From: a virus
DNA length: 64,000 bases
Virus record (IMG/VR): IMGVR_UViG_3300042305_002533
Location: 1 to 64,000 of that record
Reading direction: 5' to 3' (one strand)
The notes below the pieces were generated by a model. The model was not told where the DNA came from. It saw only the letters and a list, made by a program, of their open reading frames with translations, and ran no database searches. Shown here one piece after another: positions 9,054 through 18,019 of the stretch. Both the position numbers and the translations under genes were made by a program. The number at the start of each line of letters is the position of its first letter. Positions within the stretch are counted from its first letter, which is position 1.

Positions 9054-9130
9054 TGGTCGGCTCACCGGGACTTGAACCCGGGACCCCCCGATTATAAGTC
9101 AGGAGCTCTGACCAACTGAGCTATGAGCCG
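9054..9130 (-). tRNA. tRNA-Ile (anticodon UAU), CCA encoded
   Basis: Cloverleaf cggctca/tgagccg; anticodon arm cctga-CTTATAA-tcggg; T-loop TTCAAGT. Confidence 0.9.
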
Positions 9131-9133
9131 TGA

Positions 9134-9214
9134 TGCGAGCGGCGGGATTCGAACCCGCACGCCTTGCGGCAAGGGGTTTTAAGCCCCCGGCGTCTACCAT
9201 TCCGCCACGCTCGC
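9134..9214 (-). tRNA. tRNA-Leu (UAA)
   Basis: ggggg-CTTAAAA-cccct; long variable arm; TTCGAAT. Confidence 0.92.
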
Positions 9215-9218
9215 GAGG

Positions 9219-9289
9219 TTCAGGCGCTAGGATTCGAACCTAGATAGCGGGAACCAAAACCCCGCGTCCTGCCGTTAGACGACGCCTGA
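9219..9289 (-). tRNA. tRNA-Gln (UUG)
   Basis: cgggg-TTTTGGT-tcccg; U1-A72; TTCGAAT. Confidence 0.88.
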
Positions 9290-9290
9290 G

Positions 9291-9363
9291 TGGACCTGAC
9301 CGGGATCGAACCGGTGACATCCAGCTTGCAAAGCTGGCGCTCTCCCAACTGAGCTACAGGCCC
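9291..9363 (-). tRNA. tRNA-Ala (UGC)
   Basis: ccagc-TTTGCAA-gctgg; G3-U70. Confidence 0.92.
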
Positions 9364-9370
9364 TGAAGAT

Positions 9371-9442
9371 TGCGCGGGACAGGGATCGAACCTGCGACCC
9401 GGAGTGTGTAAGACTCCTGCTCTGCCGCTGAGCTACCCGCGC
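9371..9442 (-). tRNA. tRNA-Val (UAC)
   Basis: ggagt-CTTACAC-actcc. Confidence 0.92.
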
Positions 9443-9445
9443 GAA

Positions 9446-9517
9446 AGCTGATGATGGGATTCGAACCCGCAACCGCCGGTTTACAAAACCGGTGCTCTGC
9501 CGTTGAGCTACATCAGC
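9446..9517 (-). tRNA. tRNA-Thr (UGU)
   Basis: ccggt-TTTGTAA-accgg. Confidence 0.92.
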
Positions 9518-9578
9518 AAACCTCGTAGTTGCCATCGTACGAGGCGCGACGACTTCTCTCCTCTCCCGAGGGGGGCAA

Positions 9579-9652
9579 TCAAGGCGGCAGGATTTGAACC
9601 TGCGACATCCAGCTCCCAAAGCTGGCGCACTACCAGACTGTGCTACGCCCTG
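9579..9652 (-). tRNA. tRNA-Pro (UGG)
   Basis: ccagc-TTTGGGA-gctgg. Confidence 0.92.
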
Positions 9653-9822
9653 GTCTTTATGGCGTCTCGGAGCGCGGCATGCACCGCGTCAAGCCGCGCG
9701 ATATCTCCATCCGAAAGAGTCAAGGAAAGCGCCTCTCGGTATGCCAGGAAAAGGTCTGCGACAGATCGTCGCGCTGTCTCTTGCGGCCGATCAATCGGCG
9801 CGCCATTTGCGTCCCAAGCCAT
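9643..9822 (-). CDS. 59-aa hypothetical protein inside the tRNA cluster
   Basis: GGAGA before ATG (MAWDANG...); stop overlaps the tRNA-Pro 5' end. Confidence 0.45.
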   Translation of the reverse strand: MAWDANGAPIDRPQETARRSVADLFLAYREALSLTLSDGDIARLDAVHAALRDAIKTRA

Positions 9823-9833
9823 CAACTCTCCAG

Positions 9834-9914
9834 TGCGAGCGAGAGGACTTGAACCTCCACACCTTGCGATACCAGATCCTAAGTCTGGCGCGTCTGCCAT
9901 TCCGCCACGCTCGC
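9834..9914 (-). tRNA. tRNA-Leu (UAG)
   Basis: ccaga-CTTAGGA-tctgg; long variable arm. Confidence 0.92.
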
Positions 9915-9995
9915 TAAGTGCCCCGATTCGGTCTGCGCTCGGGGCCCCACGCATTTTGTCAGAGAGGTGAGGGGGAGGCACGTCTCTGCGACCGA

Positions 9996-10068
9996 TGGGT
10001 CGTCCGGGACTTGAACCCGGAGCCAACGGATTAAAAGTCCGCTGCTCTACCAATTGAGCTAACGACCC
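9996..10068 (-). tRNA. tRNA-Lys (UUU)
   Basis: gcgga-CTTTTAA-tccgt. Confidence 0.92.
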
Positions 10069-10113
10069 GAAGGCCTCCCTGTTACGAGAGGCCTTTACTC
10101 TAAGCTGATTTGT

Positions 10114-10587
10114 TTACTTTGTCCACCAACTGGGCGGCGGACGATTTTTTCGCCACCGCGCAAACCGGGACTTGCTATCGAGGTAGAAATTTCGATACGC
10201 GGAGACCGCGTCGTCCTCGTGCAAATAAATCGGCATGGCCAGGGCGAACGGTGTGCGGTAGACGTTCTCGAAAGTCAGTTGATCGCGAACCGCGTCAATC
10301 TGTTCGGTCACATCTTGCGCCGCGTGCCGCTTGCCGTACCGGTAGGTGTACTCGTTACACAGCGAAAGGCCGTGTACGACGGTCCAACGGAAGTTGGCTT
10401 TCGAAGCCGCCGCCCATTTCGTGCACGGGTGCCCAGCGTGGCTAGGACGATAGCCGACCTTCACGCCGTGAAGCCGGCACACCGTCGACAGAATCTGCGC
10501 TGTCTCGGTGGCCATCTTCACGACGTGTTGGTCACAAGCCATCTGTGCTGCGACGCGGGGGTCCCGGTCGAGCACGAAGATATTCAC
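10114..10587 (-). CDS. pyrimidine dimer DNA glycosylase / T4 endonuclease V-like protein
   Basis: MNIFVLD.DP..AA...CD.HVVKM..E.AQ.LST, HPCT.W, EY..RYGK.H, AYR.FY. Confidence 0.8.
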   Translation of the reverse strand: MNIFVLDRDPRVAAQMACDQHVVKMATETAQILSTVCRLHGVKVGYRPSHAGHPCTKWAAASKANFRWTVVHGLSLCNEYTYRYGKRHAAQDVTEQIDAVRDQLTFENVYRTPFALAMPIYLHEDDAVSAYRNFYLDSKSRFARWRKNRPPPSWWTK

Positions 10588-11339
10588 TTGAAACACCGCC
10601 TACACGGGTCACAAGCGCCTTCATGCTCTGTGTCGGGCAACGAGGCGGGGCACACCTTACGATGCGCCCAGGCGTTGAAGGTCGGGCCGACGTGTTTGTT
10701 GAAAACAACCGCCACGTCTCCCGGCGGCTTGTCTTCTTCGGACACGCGCGTGTAAGAAAACCGCACAGTTGCCCTTTTGAACTTGGACTTGAAGCTGCGA
10801 AGTTTCTGCGCCGTTGCGGGCGGCGTGGAGTGATCGAGCGAAAGTAAGAGCCGCAAAGCCGCTCGGTCTGCAAGGAGCCGTATCATGTCCGGCCGCCTCG
10901 AAATGGCCCAGATCAAAAGATCGGGGTGGTCGCGCGTGAGCGCGTTGATGACCTTGCAGGCGCCGGGGCTTAGATCGCCCGCGCCGTTCCATCGTAGCCA
11001 GTTGCGGCCTCTTGGTATCTGCGCCCAGAGACGATCAGCAACGGCTTTTACAGTCCGAGGCGAAGCGTCAATCAGAGAATCAACCAACCGTTGATTCAAT
11101 GCGTGTTGCCGCACCGCGTTGGGGAAGTTCATAAAGCCCCCGAGCGCGTAGCATCGCGCGCTGTTGTCGCCGCTCCCCATGCACACGCGTGTCGGACAAC
11201 ACGTCGTGTGCACGGGGAAGTCGACGGAACAACCTGTCTTTGAGTTTTTGGTGAGATGAAGCGCGTCGGGTAACGGCTCCGCCTCAACACTCTGAATGAC
11301 CGCGAGATGCCGGGCCCGGGTCTTGGCCCAGGTGCTCAT
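10584..11339 (-). CDS. Gp88-like (radical-SAM-like) Cys-rich protein
   Basis: NSKTG..TCCPT..C..CYA, RWNGAGD, CPA..CxxCxxC. Confidence 0.6.
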   Translation of the reverse strand: MSTWAKTRARHLAVIQSVEAEPLPDALHLTKNSKTGCSVDFPVHTTCCPTRVCMGSGDNSARCYALGGFMNFPNAVRQHALNQRLVDSLIDASPRTVKAVADRLWAQIPRGRNWLRWNGAGDLSPGACKVINALTRDHPDLLIWAISRRPDMIRLLADRAALRLLLSLDHSTPPATAQKLRSFKSKFKRATVRFSYTRVSEEDKPPGDVAVVFNKHVGPTFNAWAHRKVCPASLPDTEHEGACDPCRRCFK

Positions 11340-11665
11340 TCAAATAGCTTGAGTTGTTTCTTCTCAAACTCGGCGAGGCGTGCGGCGTCAGCTTTCTCGT
11401 CTTCGAACTGATCAAGCCATTGGCTGTAGGTTTTCCCCGCAGACTCCTTGACCAGCCAGAGCGGTAAGTCATCGGCGTACCGCGGTTCAGAGGCTCGACG
11501 GTCCTGCGGAAAATCCTTCGAGTCGACCTCGACGGCGTCCGTAGTCCCTTCTTCAGTTTCCCAGAGATCCTGGTTGTCGCGCGCGTACTGCGCCGCAGCT
11601 TCCGCGCACTCAGAGATCACATAGGCCTCAACAGTTACGGAGACTTTGAAAAGCTTAACGTTCAC
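11336..11665 (-). CDS. hypothetical protein
   Basis: Coupled ORF. Confidence 0.6.
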   Translation of the reverse strand: MNVKLFKVSVTVEAYVISECAEAAAQYARDNQDLWETEEGTTDAVEVDSKDFPQDRRASEPRYADDLPLWLVKESAGKTYSQWLDQFEDEKADAARLAEFEKKQLKLFE

Positions 11666-12795
11666 GCACGCCCTCTAGCCCCAATGGTAATGGCCTGGCC
11701 AGCGAGCTTTTGAAGGTCATAAGCCTTCTCGGCGTCCTTGGTCTGGTTGGCAAACCAGGAGAGCGCGTTGGAGGCGCGCCACCAGGTATCGCCCGCCGGC
11801 AAGTCGGAAATATCCGTCGAGCGGTACTTCGCGGAGACTTCCTCGACTTCCTGCTTGCTCAGGTGCTTCTTGAGGAAGGCCTCGAACTTCGTGTGGTCGA
11901 CCTTCGCCTCGTGAGCCTTGCGGATGCCATCTTCGAGCTGCGCGATGTAGCCCGGCTCAAGCTGCGTGCGAAGCGCCTTACGAATCTCGGAGCACATCGA
12001 CTCGGTCGCCAGCTGGTAGTTCTGGTCGGCCTCGTCGAGGTCGAAGCTGGCCTTTGCGCCGAGGTGAACCTTGCGGAGCTCTGAGGTGGAGACTGCCGTG
12101 TTGGTGCACCACATGCGCTGCATGAAGACCGAGAGCTCGGTGGCGCCGTCGCCGTAGGCGCTCTCCTTGAAGATCACGCCGATCGAGATGGGCTCGTCGG
12201 GGATCGGCTCAAGGATTCCGTCGAACACCGCGCGCACCATGAACTTGGTGTCGCCCGCATGGCTGCCGTACGGAATCAGGTTGTGCTGCTGGCAGCCCTT
12301 GGCGAAGGTCTCAATCAGCTTGCCGGGGTGAAGCCGCGCGTAGCTGTCGCTCATGAAGCCGCGCGTCTGCGCACCCACGCTGCGGATCATGCGGCGGTCG
12401 TGCGCCGGCGGCTGGTGTTGGAAATGCTTGTTGAGTAGGTCGGCGGCGAGCTCCGCACCCCAACGATCGTTCTCGTCAGTTCTGGCCATGAGCCGGCCAA
12501 GGAAGTCACGCGGCACGCCCACCGCCTCGCAGATCTTGCCAAGGGCGAAGGGGTGAAGCTCTTCGGGCGCGTCGCCCTTGTAGTTTGCGATGAGCGTGTG
12601 GCCCTCGCCCAGGTCGAACTCGGTGGCCGTCATGTAGCGGTACCGGTCGCGCGGGATCTCCGCGAGAATCTTTTCGATGGCGGCCTGACCGGCGCTTTTC
12701 GCACCGTGAATCTCGTCATGAAGCTTGGCGCGCATCTTGGTGGCAGCTTCGGAGACGGCCGTCTTGTAGGATCGGGAATCGTGATGATACATCAT
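11662..12795 (-). CDS. DUF932-like protein
   Basis: RGFMSDSY, S.YG.GA, R.WCTN..H.G, WWRA.NA motifs. Confidence 0.6.
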   Translation of the reverse strand: MMYHHDSRSYKTAVSEAATKMRAKLHDEIHGAKSAGQAAIEKILAEIPRDRYRYMTATEFDLGEGHTLIANYKGDAPEELHPFALGKICEAVGVPRDFLGRLMARTDENDRWGAELAADLLNKHFQHQPPAHDRRMIRSVGAQTRGFMSDSYARLHPGKLIETFAKGCQQHNLIPYGSHAGDTKFMVRAVFDGILEPIPDEPISIGVIFKESAYGDGATELSVFMQRMWCTNTAVSTSELRKVHLGAKASFDLDEADQNYQLATESMCSEIRKALRTQLEPGYIAQLEDGIRKAHEAKVDHTKFEAFLKKHLSKQEVEEVSAKYRSTDISDLPAGDTWWRASNALSWFANQTKDAEKAYDLQKLAGQAITIGARGRA

Positions 12796-12848
12796 TGTGA
12801 GAGCCCCTTTTGTCTTGCCCGCGAAATGCGGGACAAAGACGATTACTG

Positions 12849-13373
12849 TTACCAGCTTTTGCCCGTAGCTTTTGCGTAACCTTTTCCGCAGCGCTTGCAG
12901 AGCGCTTCGGGCAAGCCGTGCTCGTCGAGCCGAGTTGTGAAATCACAGAACCGCTGCACGATGAAACAGTGCGTGCAAATCACGTAATCGCGGTTGGCTT
13001 TCAGCTCAGCGCTGAAACCTTCGAGAGTCGTGAGGTCGTTGGTTGATACCGGAGGCTTGGGCGGTGAAGCCTTCTTCGGCGGTGGCGCAGCCGCAGGCTT
13101 GGGCAGCGCAGGCTGGATGGTGACGGCTTTCTTCGGCTTGGCTTTCGCGGCAGGCACCGCGAAACTTTCGCCTTCCAGATGGCCGTGCTTTGAACAGGCG
13201 TAATTCCGGACCTCGAAGTCGAGATCGAGGAGCGCCTGGTTCACGGGGTGAAGGTTTCCACGTTTGCACTTGAAACATTTCTGCCCCGCGTCGCAACCGC
13301 AGAGCGAGCGCACGTAGCCGTCTTCGCTGTTGCCGGCGACGGTGTAGGTGTCGCCGCAACGGTCACAATTCAT
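12849..13373 (-). CDS. multi-zinc-ribbon protein
   Basis: Several CxxC pairs with a Pro/Lys linker; GGAGG RBS. Confidence 0.6.
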   Translation of the reverse strand: MNCDRCGDTYTVAGNSEDGYVRSLCGCDAGQKCFKCKRGNLHPVNQALLDLDFEVRNYACSKHGHLEGESFAVPAAKAKPKKAVTIQPALPKPAAAPPPKKASPPKPPVSTNDLTTLEGFSAELKANRDYVICTHCFIVQRFCDFTTRLDEHGLPEALCKRCGKGYAKATGKSW

Positions 13374-13507
13374 TCACAACCTCCATGGCGTGCCGCGCGG
13401 CCCCCATCCATGAAACCCCTTCTGCGTGCTCATCCCCGCAGCTTCGACAATCCTCTCGTCGGAGCCCCAGTGCTCGACGAGCTTCGCGTAGCCGTGATCT
13501 AGAACCT

Positions 13508-13954
13508 TCATTCAAAAGCCTCCCCGCAAATGCAGCAGCGCGACTCTTCGTCGATCACCGAGAAGAGCGCGCGGCGCACCAGCGTCGATTTGTGTTTGTT
13601 GAAGCAGTCCCCCGGGTGAACGTAATCGTGGTTCATCATCTGATACGCGACCGGAGCCGGGTAGGACACGTTGAAAAGCAGCGTTCGAAAGACAGCCAGA
13701 TCGTGACGTGCCGCTTCTGACATCGGGCGCAAAAGCCCGTGCGGGGTCATCTCCCCTACGGTGAGCACGCTCTCTCCGATCATTCGGTAGGCGGAGATTC
13801 GCGCAGGGCGCAGCCGCGCGAGCCCATACGGCTTCCCCCCGAGAACAACCGCAGACCGCTCGGTAATTTCCGCCTGAACAGGCCAGGCCCGGTGCTTTAC
13901 AAACCAGGGCTTAAACTTGGCCGGAACGTCGACAGTGACCATGGAGCCTCCCAT
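13508..13954 (-). CDS. hypothetical protein
   Basis: ORF with C-terminal H..C..CxxC. Confidence 0.5.
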   Translation of the reverse strand: MGGSMVTVDVPAKFKPWFVKHRAWPVQAEITERSAVVLGGKPYGLARLRPARISAYRMIGESVLTVGEMTPHGLLRPMSEAARHDLAVFRTLLFNVSYPAPVAYQMMNHDYVHPGDCFNKHKSTLVRRALFSVIDEESRCCICGEAFE

Positions 13955-13984
13955 AACAGGAAGCTAGCATATTCAGCTTACAGG

Positions 13985-14332
13985 TTAAAGTCCTTTTTTG
14001 GCTTCACGCCGTGAAATCGTCGGCACGCTTTCGGGCGGCAGGGCGGCCAGCGCCCTGAAATCAAAGTCCCAGGCCTTCGGAGCACTTAGCACCCGGGCAA
14101 GCACGTCGTCCGGCAAGATACCGGCGGCTTGATAGACCTCATTGGCTTCTTCCCGGGAAAGCTTCAAGATCTTCACGAACTGCGGAATCCGCTCGGCCGT
14201 CAGCGGGCGGCGCCCTAGCTCGATGTCGGAGATATATGCTGCCGTAAGGTTTCCCGGCAGCTTGCGTCCAACCTCGGCCAATGTCAGCCCCAGCTTTTTT
14301 CGGGCGTCGCGTAATAATTGCCCTGCGCTCAT
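13985..14332 (-). CDS. XRE-family HTH transcriptional regulator
   Basis: GQLLRDARKKLGLTLAEVG..AYISDIELGRR. Confidence 0.85.
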   Translation of the reverse strand: MSAGQLLRDARKKLGLTLAEVGRKLPGNLTAAYISDIELGRRPLTAERIPQFVKILKLSREEANEVYQAAGILPDDVLARVLSAPKAWDFDFRALAALPPESVPTISRREAKKGL

Positions 14333-14333
14333 G

Positions 14334-14684
14334 TCACATCCCCGGGTTAATCGCCGCGCGATATTCGGCCGTCCACGCTTCGATATCTAAAAAATTAGGC
14401 GCAGCTCCAAGCTTCCACCAGCCCCCAGCTTGCGCACTCAGACCTTCGAGCTCGGTTACTTCTTCGTCGCTCAAACGCACCGGAACCTCGATCACGGTTT
14501 TCCACAACGCGAGATCGAGGCCCGGTGCGTTTGAGTCGCCGAGATACTTCTGCCCTAAGTCTTTCATGCGCGTCAGCAAAAGCTGCTGCGACAAATCCCG
14601 CACCGCACTGGTGAGCTTCTGCACTGAAGCGTCAGCGTTTTGCTCAAACTCTGACATTTCAGCTTCGTTGAAGAAGTCGCGCAT
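14334..14684 (-). CDS. hypothetical protein, probably leaderless
   Basis: TATCGT-N7-ATG. Confidence 0.55.
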   Translation of the reverse strand: MRDFFNEAEMSEFEQNADASVQKLTSAVRDLSQQLLLTRMKDLGQKYLGDSNAPGLDLALWKTVIEVPVRLSDEEVTELEGLSAQAGGWWKLGAAPNFLDIEAWTAEYRAAINPGM

Positions 14685-14769
14685 GCCCAATACGATAACT
14701 TACAGCCTATCGTGCGTCAAAGCAGAGCTGTCATCGAAGAGTTTTCGGCTGAGGGCGCGCCCTTGTCGG

Positions 14770-15039
14770 TCACAGCCGCCCTTCCTCCTCGTACGTCCGG
14801 CGAGCGGACGCCAGGAGATCTTCGATGTCGATGCCCTGGCCGTCGCCCCAGTGTAAGAGATCGGTGAGGAAGTCCTTGGCGACAGTCAGGGCGTCCTCTC
14901 CTTCGCCGTCATACCCCCAGTACGCAACTAGTCCAACCGCGCAGCGAAGCGCCCGCTTGCGGTTAGACTGTCGAGGGTCCATGGGGTCCGGCCGGTCGAA
15001 CGTCGGCACCTCGACGGGAAAATGCATAAGGTTCGGCAT
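14770..15039 (-). CDS. hypothetical protein
   Basis: N..RA..A..D.LTDLLHW..A..Y.EE motif; TGATG coupling. Confidence 0.6.
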   Translation of the reverse strand: MPNLMHFPVEVPTFDRPDPMDPRQSNRKRALRCAVGLVAYWGYDGEGEDALTVAKDFLTDLLHWGDGQGIDIEDLLASARRTYEEEGRL

Positions 15040-16079
15040 CAGTCCACCTGTCCTCCCGCGCCCCAGCTTTGCACGGCGCGATTGCGAATCACCTGAAACC
15101 ACGTCTTGCCATCCCCCAGCTTCAAGGCCGTGTGCTCGGCGTCGCGGACCATGCCGCTGACGAACACCGATCCGTTGATGAACATGCGCGTCGCTCGGTG
15201 CCGGCGAGCCCGGCCCCAGACGCCAATCTTGGCGTCCTCCCGCGCCGCGTCGGCGCCGGCCGACGTAATCGGGACGCCGCGCTGCGTGGTATTCCAGCCG
15301 ACCTTCGACTCCTTGAGCAGCACGTTCTCGCCCTCAATCACAGGCTTGAGGCCTGGGCGAGGCACGAAGAACCACTCGCCCTGACGAAGCCAGCCGGTCT
15401 CGGGCAGACCTTCGGGCTTGAGAAACTCAAGCGCTTCGTCAACGGTCTTGGGGGACACGCCGTCGGGCAGCTGCGCCAGGTAGAAGTGCCGCTTTCGCGG
15501 ATCGTCATTCCGGTCGAGGCCGGAGACGTAATAGCGCCCGGGTCGGTCGGCGCGGGTGAAGAGCGTCTCGCCCAGGAAGTGAGCGACGTGCTTTTCAGAG
15601 TGCGTGCCGTCCTCGTGAATCTGAACGTACTCGCCCGCCTCCTTGTGCCAGTGCTTTGCACACCGGCAGGGGCGCCATGTCACGATCTTCCTGTCGGGCG
15701 TCGTGTCGATGATCTCGACGTCCTCAGGCTTGATGCCCGCTGCGCTCAACGCTGAGAACGGCAGGAGGCAGTGCTTGGCAGCGCTCAGCGTTGATCGGAA
15801 CTCGCGCTGCTGCTTTCGGGAGGTCACCGTGCCGGCGTCGTCGGCATTGACGATGATCTGGCCATCGTCCTTGCGAACGCCCAGGCAGAGTCGGCCGTAG
15901 CTCATGAGTTTTGTGCAGTCGTCGAACGCGTCTACAGAGAGACGCGGGGTGCCGTCGGGGGCGTGTTGCGGGCCGTGGATGGGCCAGGCCCGGTTTTCGT
16001 TGCGGACCTTCGTGACCCACCGCTTCTTAATTTCGTCGCCCTTGACGAAAGCGTTTGCGATTGTCCAGTAGTTGCTCAT
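15039..16079 (-). CDS. hypothetical protein with RQGE/His domain related to the 1050-1391 family
   Basis: QLP..TVDEA..L.P..RQGEWFF..RH..DAEH. Confidence 0.65.
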   Translation of the reverse strand: MSNYWTIANAFVKGDEIKKRWVTKVRNENRAWPIHGPQHAPDGTPRLSVDAFDDCTKLMSYGRLCLGVRKDDGQIIVNADDAGTVTSRKQQREFRSTLSAAKHCLLPFSALSAAGIKPEDVEIIDTTPDRKIVTWRPCRCAKHWHKEAGEYVQIHEDGTHSEKHVAHFLGETLFTRADRPGRYYVSGLDRNDDPRKRHFYLAQLPDGVSPKTVDEALEFLKPEGLPETGWLRQGEWFFVPRPGLKPVIEGENVLLKESKVGWNTTQRGVPITSAGADAAREDAKIGVWGRARRHRATRMFINGSVFVSGMVRDAEHTALKLGDGKTWFQVIRNRAVQSWGAGGQVD

Positions 16080-16443
16080 CTTTCAATCTTTCTTCGAATT
16101 CCTCGAACACGGCGCGGAAATTACCCACGCCCCCCTTTTTGCCCATGCCGTAAAGAATGTCGCCGCTACGGCAAGCGGCCGTGATGAAAGCTCCCTCATC
16201 GTGACCGATGAGATGGTTGAGAAGGATGACCGCGCCGAACTGATTGTTCTTCACATGTTCGGCGAAACGTTTGCCAGCCCCTGATGCGCGAACACCGCCG
16301 CTGTTCTCAACCCACTCGAACTGAAGTTCCAGGGATTGAAGCCAGCGATAACGCTCAGGCTCGATGTACCCGCCATAGATACCGAGAGGGCTGACGTGCG
16401 TAAGGCGCACAAGCTTGGGCCAAGCGAAGGTAGGCAAGTTCAT
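16027..16443 (-). CDS. hypothetical protein
   Basis: ORF. Confidence 0.5.
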   Translation of the reverse strand: MNLPTFAWPKLVRLTHVSPLGIYGGYIEPERYRWLQSLELQFEWVENSGGVRASGAGKRFAEHVKNNQFGAVILLNHLIGHDEGAFITAACRSGDILYGMGKKGGVGNFRAVFEEFEERLKDEQLLDNRKRFRQGRRN

Positions 16444-16448
16444 TTTTC

Positions 16449-16500
16449 AAGAAAAAGAGAAGGCACGCAAGCGCACGGTTTCCCGCGCGCCTACGTGCCT
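16449..16500 (-). terminator. intrinsic terminator
   Basis: ggcacgtaggcgcgcgg-gaaa-ccgtgcgcttgcgtgcc followed by ttctcttttt. Confidence 0.75.
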
Positions 16501-16521
16501 CCCCCTTAACCCTTGAGGGGA

Positions 16522-16710
16522 TTATTCGGCGTCGTCGGTCTTGACGCCGAGGTTCTTGGCGAGGTCCGGATGCTTCCGGGCCAGGCGATCCAGCTTCTTG
16601 CTGGCCACCTTGTGCTCGGCCTTCTTCAAGGCGATCTCGTCCTTCAGGTCGTCGACCTGCGTGATGAGGGATTCCAGCTGCTCACGCGCCTCAATCTGGT
16701 CAGGAGTCAT
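16522..16710 (-). CDS. small coiled-coil protein
   Basis: Coupled ORF. Confidence 0.6.
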   Translation of the reverse strand: MTPDQIEAREQLESLITQVDDLKDEIALKKAEHKVASKKLDRLARKHPDLAKNLGVKTDDAE

Positions 16711-16907
16711 TTTACGTGCCTTTCGATGAGTTCGCAGAATGTCTGCTCTAGAAGCTTGACCTTATTGTCAAGCTTGTCTCCGGCGCCAGGTTCGCCCCTT
16801 GCTAGCGCGTCTTGCGCATCCTTCACGGCGTGAAGGTCTCGTGCAAGTTCCTGGAGAATGTTTCGTAGCGCGTATCCGCGTTCTACGATCAATTTTCGCA
16901 TGGCCAA
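16707..16907 (-). CDS. hypothetical protein
   Basis: GGAGA RBS; coupled ORF. Confidence 0.55.
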   Translation of the reverse strand: MAMRKLIVERGYALRNILQELARDLHAVKDAQDALARGEPGAGDKLDNKVKLLEQTFCELIERHVK

Positions 16908-17003
16908 TGTGTCTCTCCAGACCGAACGCGACGGGCTACGTCTGCACAGCTCTAGCTTGCGCGTAACAAACTACAGCTGCGTCGCCCAGTCCAGTCAAGA
17001 CGT

Positions 17004-17264
17004 TCATCGACGCCAGCGATTGATGATGTCAACCAACACCTGCAGCGATTTGGCAAAAGAAACCACGCCGTCAAGTGCCTCCCGAAGCGTAACTTCCTTC
17101 GGGCCCAATACGTCCTGTCGCGTTTGCTCGTCGGCAGCCTCATAGGCGCGCCGGAGCTCTTCCTCCTTCTCCGCCCTCTGCTGTGGATTGTCGGTCACGA
17201 TCGCAGTATTGGCTGCGACCATAGCCCTGACCAGACGCTCCCCTGCCAGATTCTTTACGGTCAT
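17004..17264 (-). CDS. hypothetical protein
   Basis: AAGGA RBS before ATG (MTVKNL). Confidence 0.55.
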   Translation of the reverse strand: MTVKNLAGERLVRAMVAANTAIVTDNPQQRAEKEEELRRAYEAADEQTRQDVLGPKEVTLREALDGVVSFAKSLQVLVDIINRWRR

Positions 17265-17383
17265 TACGATCTTCCTTGATACAAAACGCGAGCAACCCTC
17301 GATTGTCTTCGCAACGGGCAAAGAACAATGAGAGCTGCCGCAAGCCCCGATGGTTACGCGCCATCGGGGCCTACGTTCGTGGG

Positions 17384-17440
17384 TAAAGAAAGCGCGCAGG
17401 ACGCACGCCTCTTTACGGCCCCTCCCGATGGGAGGGGCCA
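17384..17440 (-). terminator. double hairpin with terminator
   Basis: ggcccctccc/gggaggggcc, then gcgtgcg/tgcgcgc followed by tttcttt. Confidence 0.6.
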
Positions 17441-17448
17441 ATCGCCGA

Positions 17449-17913
17449 CTAGGGCTTGTCGGCGAGCTTGGCGAGGAGCTCGCGTATGCCGCCGAGCTCC
17501 TCGGCCACGAGGTTCAGCCCGGCACTAAGCCGGTCAGACTGGGCCGAGGCGGCGGCCGCCGCCTCCTCGGCTCTGTACCGTTCCTGAGACACGGCCAGGG
17601 CACGGCCACGCGAAAACACACCACTGTCGGTGGCCACGTCGTGGGCGTCGACGAGGAGCGCGATCCGAGCGCCGTTGAGGTTTAGGGCGGCTTTGACGTC
17701 CGCCCCCGCGGCTTTGCGGGCGCGGAGCTCCTGGCGCGCTTCCACCAGCGCTTCGATCGCGGCCGCCAGGACGGCCCGCGGCGAGAATCCCGCGATCGTA
17801 GCCGCCGCCTCGACCTGCATGGCGATCGCCGTGCGTCGAAGCTTCCTGTCCTCCGGGACGGGCAGGGTGACCAGATGGCTGAGAGCGGTGTCGATGGCGC
17901 TGGTGCTGGTCAT
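17449..17913 (-). CDS. Ala-rich hypothetical protein; stand-alone unit with its own promoter and terminator
   Basis: GGAG RBS; GGTATAAG motif upstream; very high GC. Confidence 0.6.
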   Translation of the reverse strand: MTSTSAIDTALSHLVTLPVPEDRKLRRTAIAMQVEAAATIAGFSPRAVLAAAIEALVEARQELRARKAAGADVKAALNLNGARIALLVDAHDVATDSGVFSRGRALAVSQERYRAEEAAAAASAQSDRLSAGLNLVAEELGGIRELLAKLADKP

Positions 17914-17974
17914 GGTGCACTCCGTACAACCCCTTCCCCCGGGGCGGGGTAACCACACATTGTGGCTACATATC

Positions 17975-18002
17975 CTTATACCCGGAAACACCCCCATTTT
18001 TT
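17975..18002 (-). promoter_or_regulatory. phage promoter motif AAAAAA-N14-GGTATAAG
   Basis: Exact motif in the divergent gap. Confidence 0.65.
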
Positions 18003-18019
18003 GACCTACCCTTTAGCCC

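Noticed and set aside
9275-10053. ORFs 9275-9619, 9503-9970, 9594-9917 and the 5' part of 9643-10053
   Set aside because: They are translations of tRNA genes.
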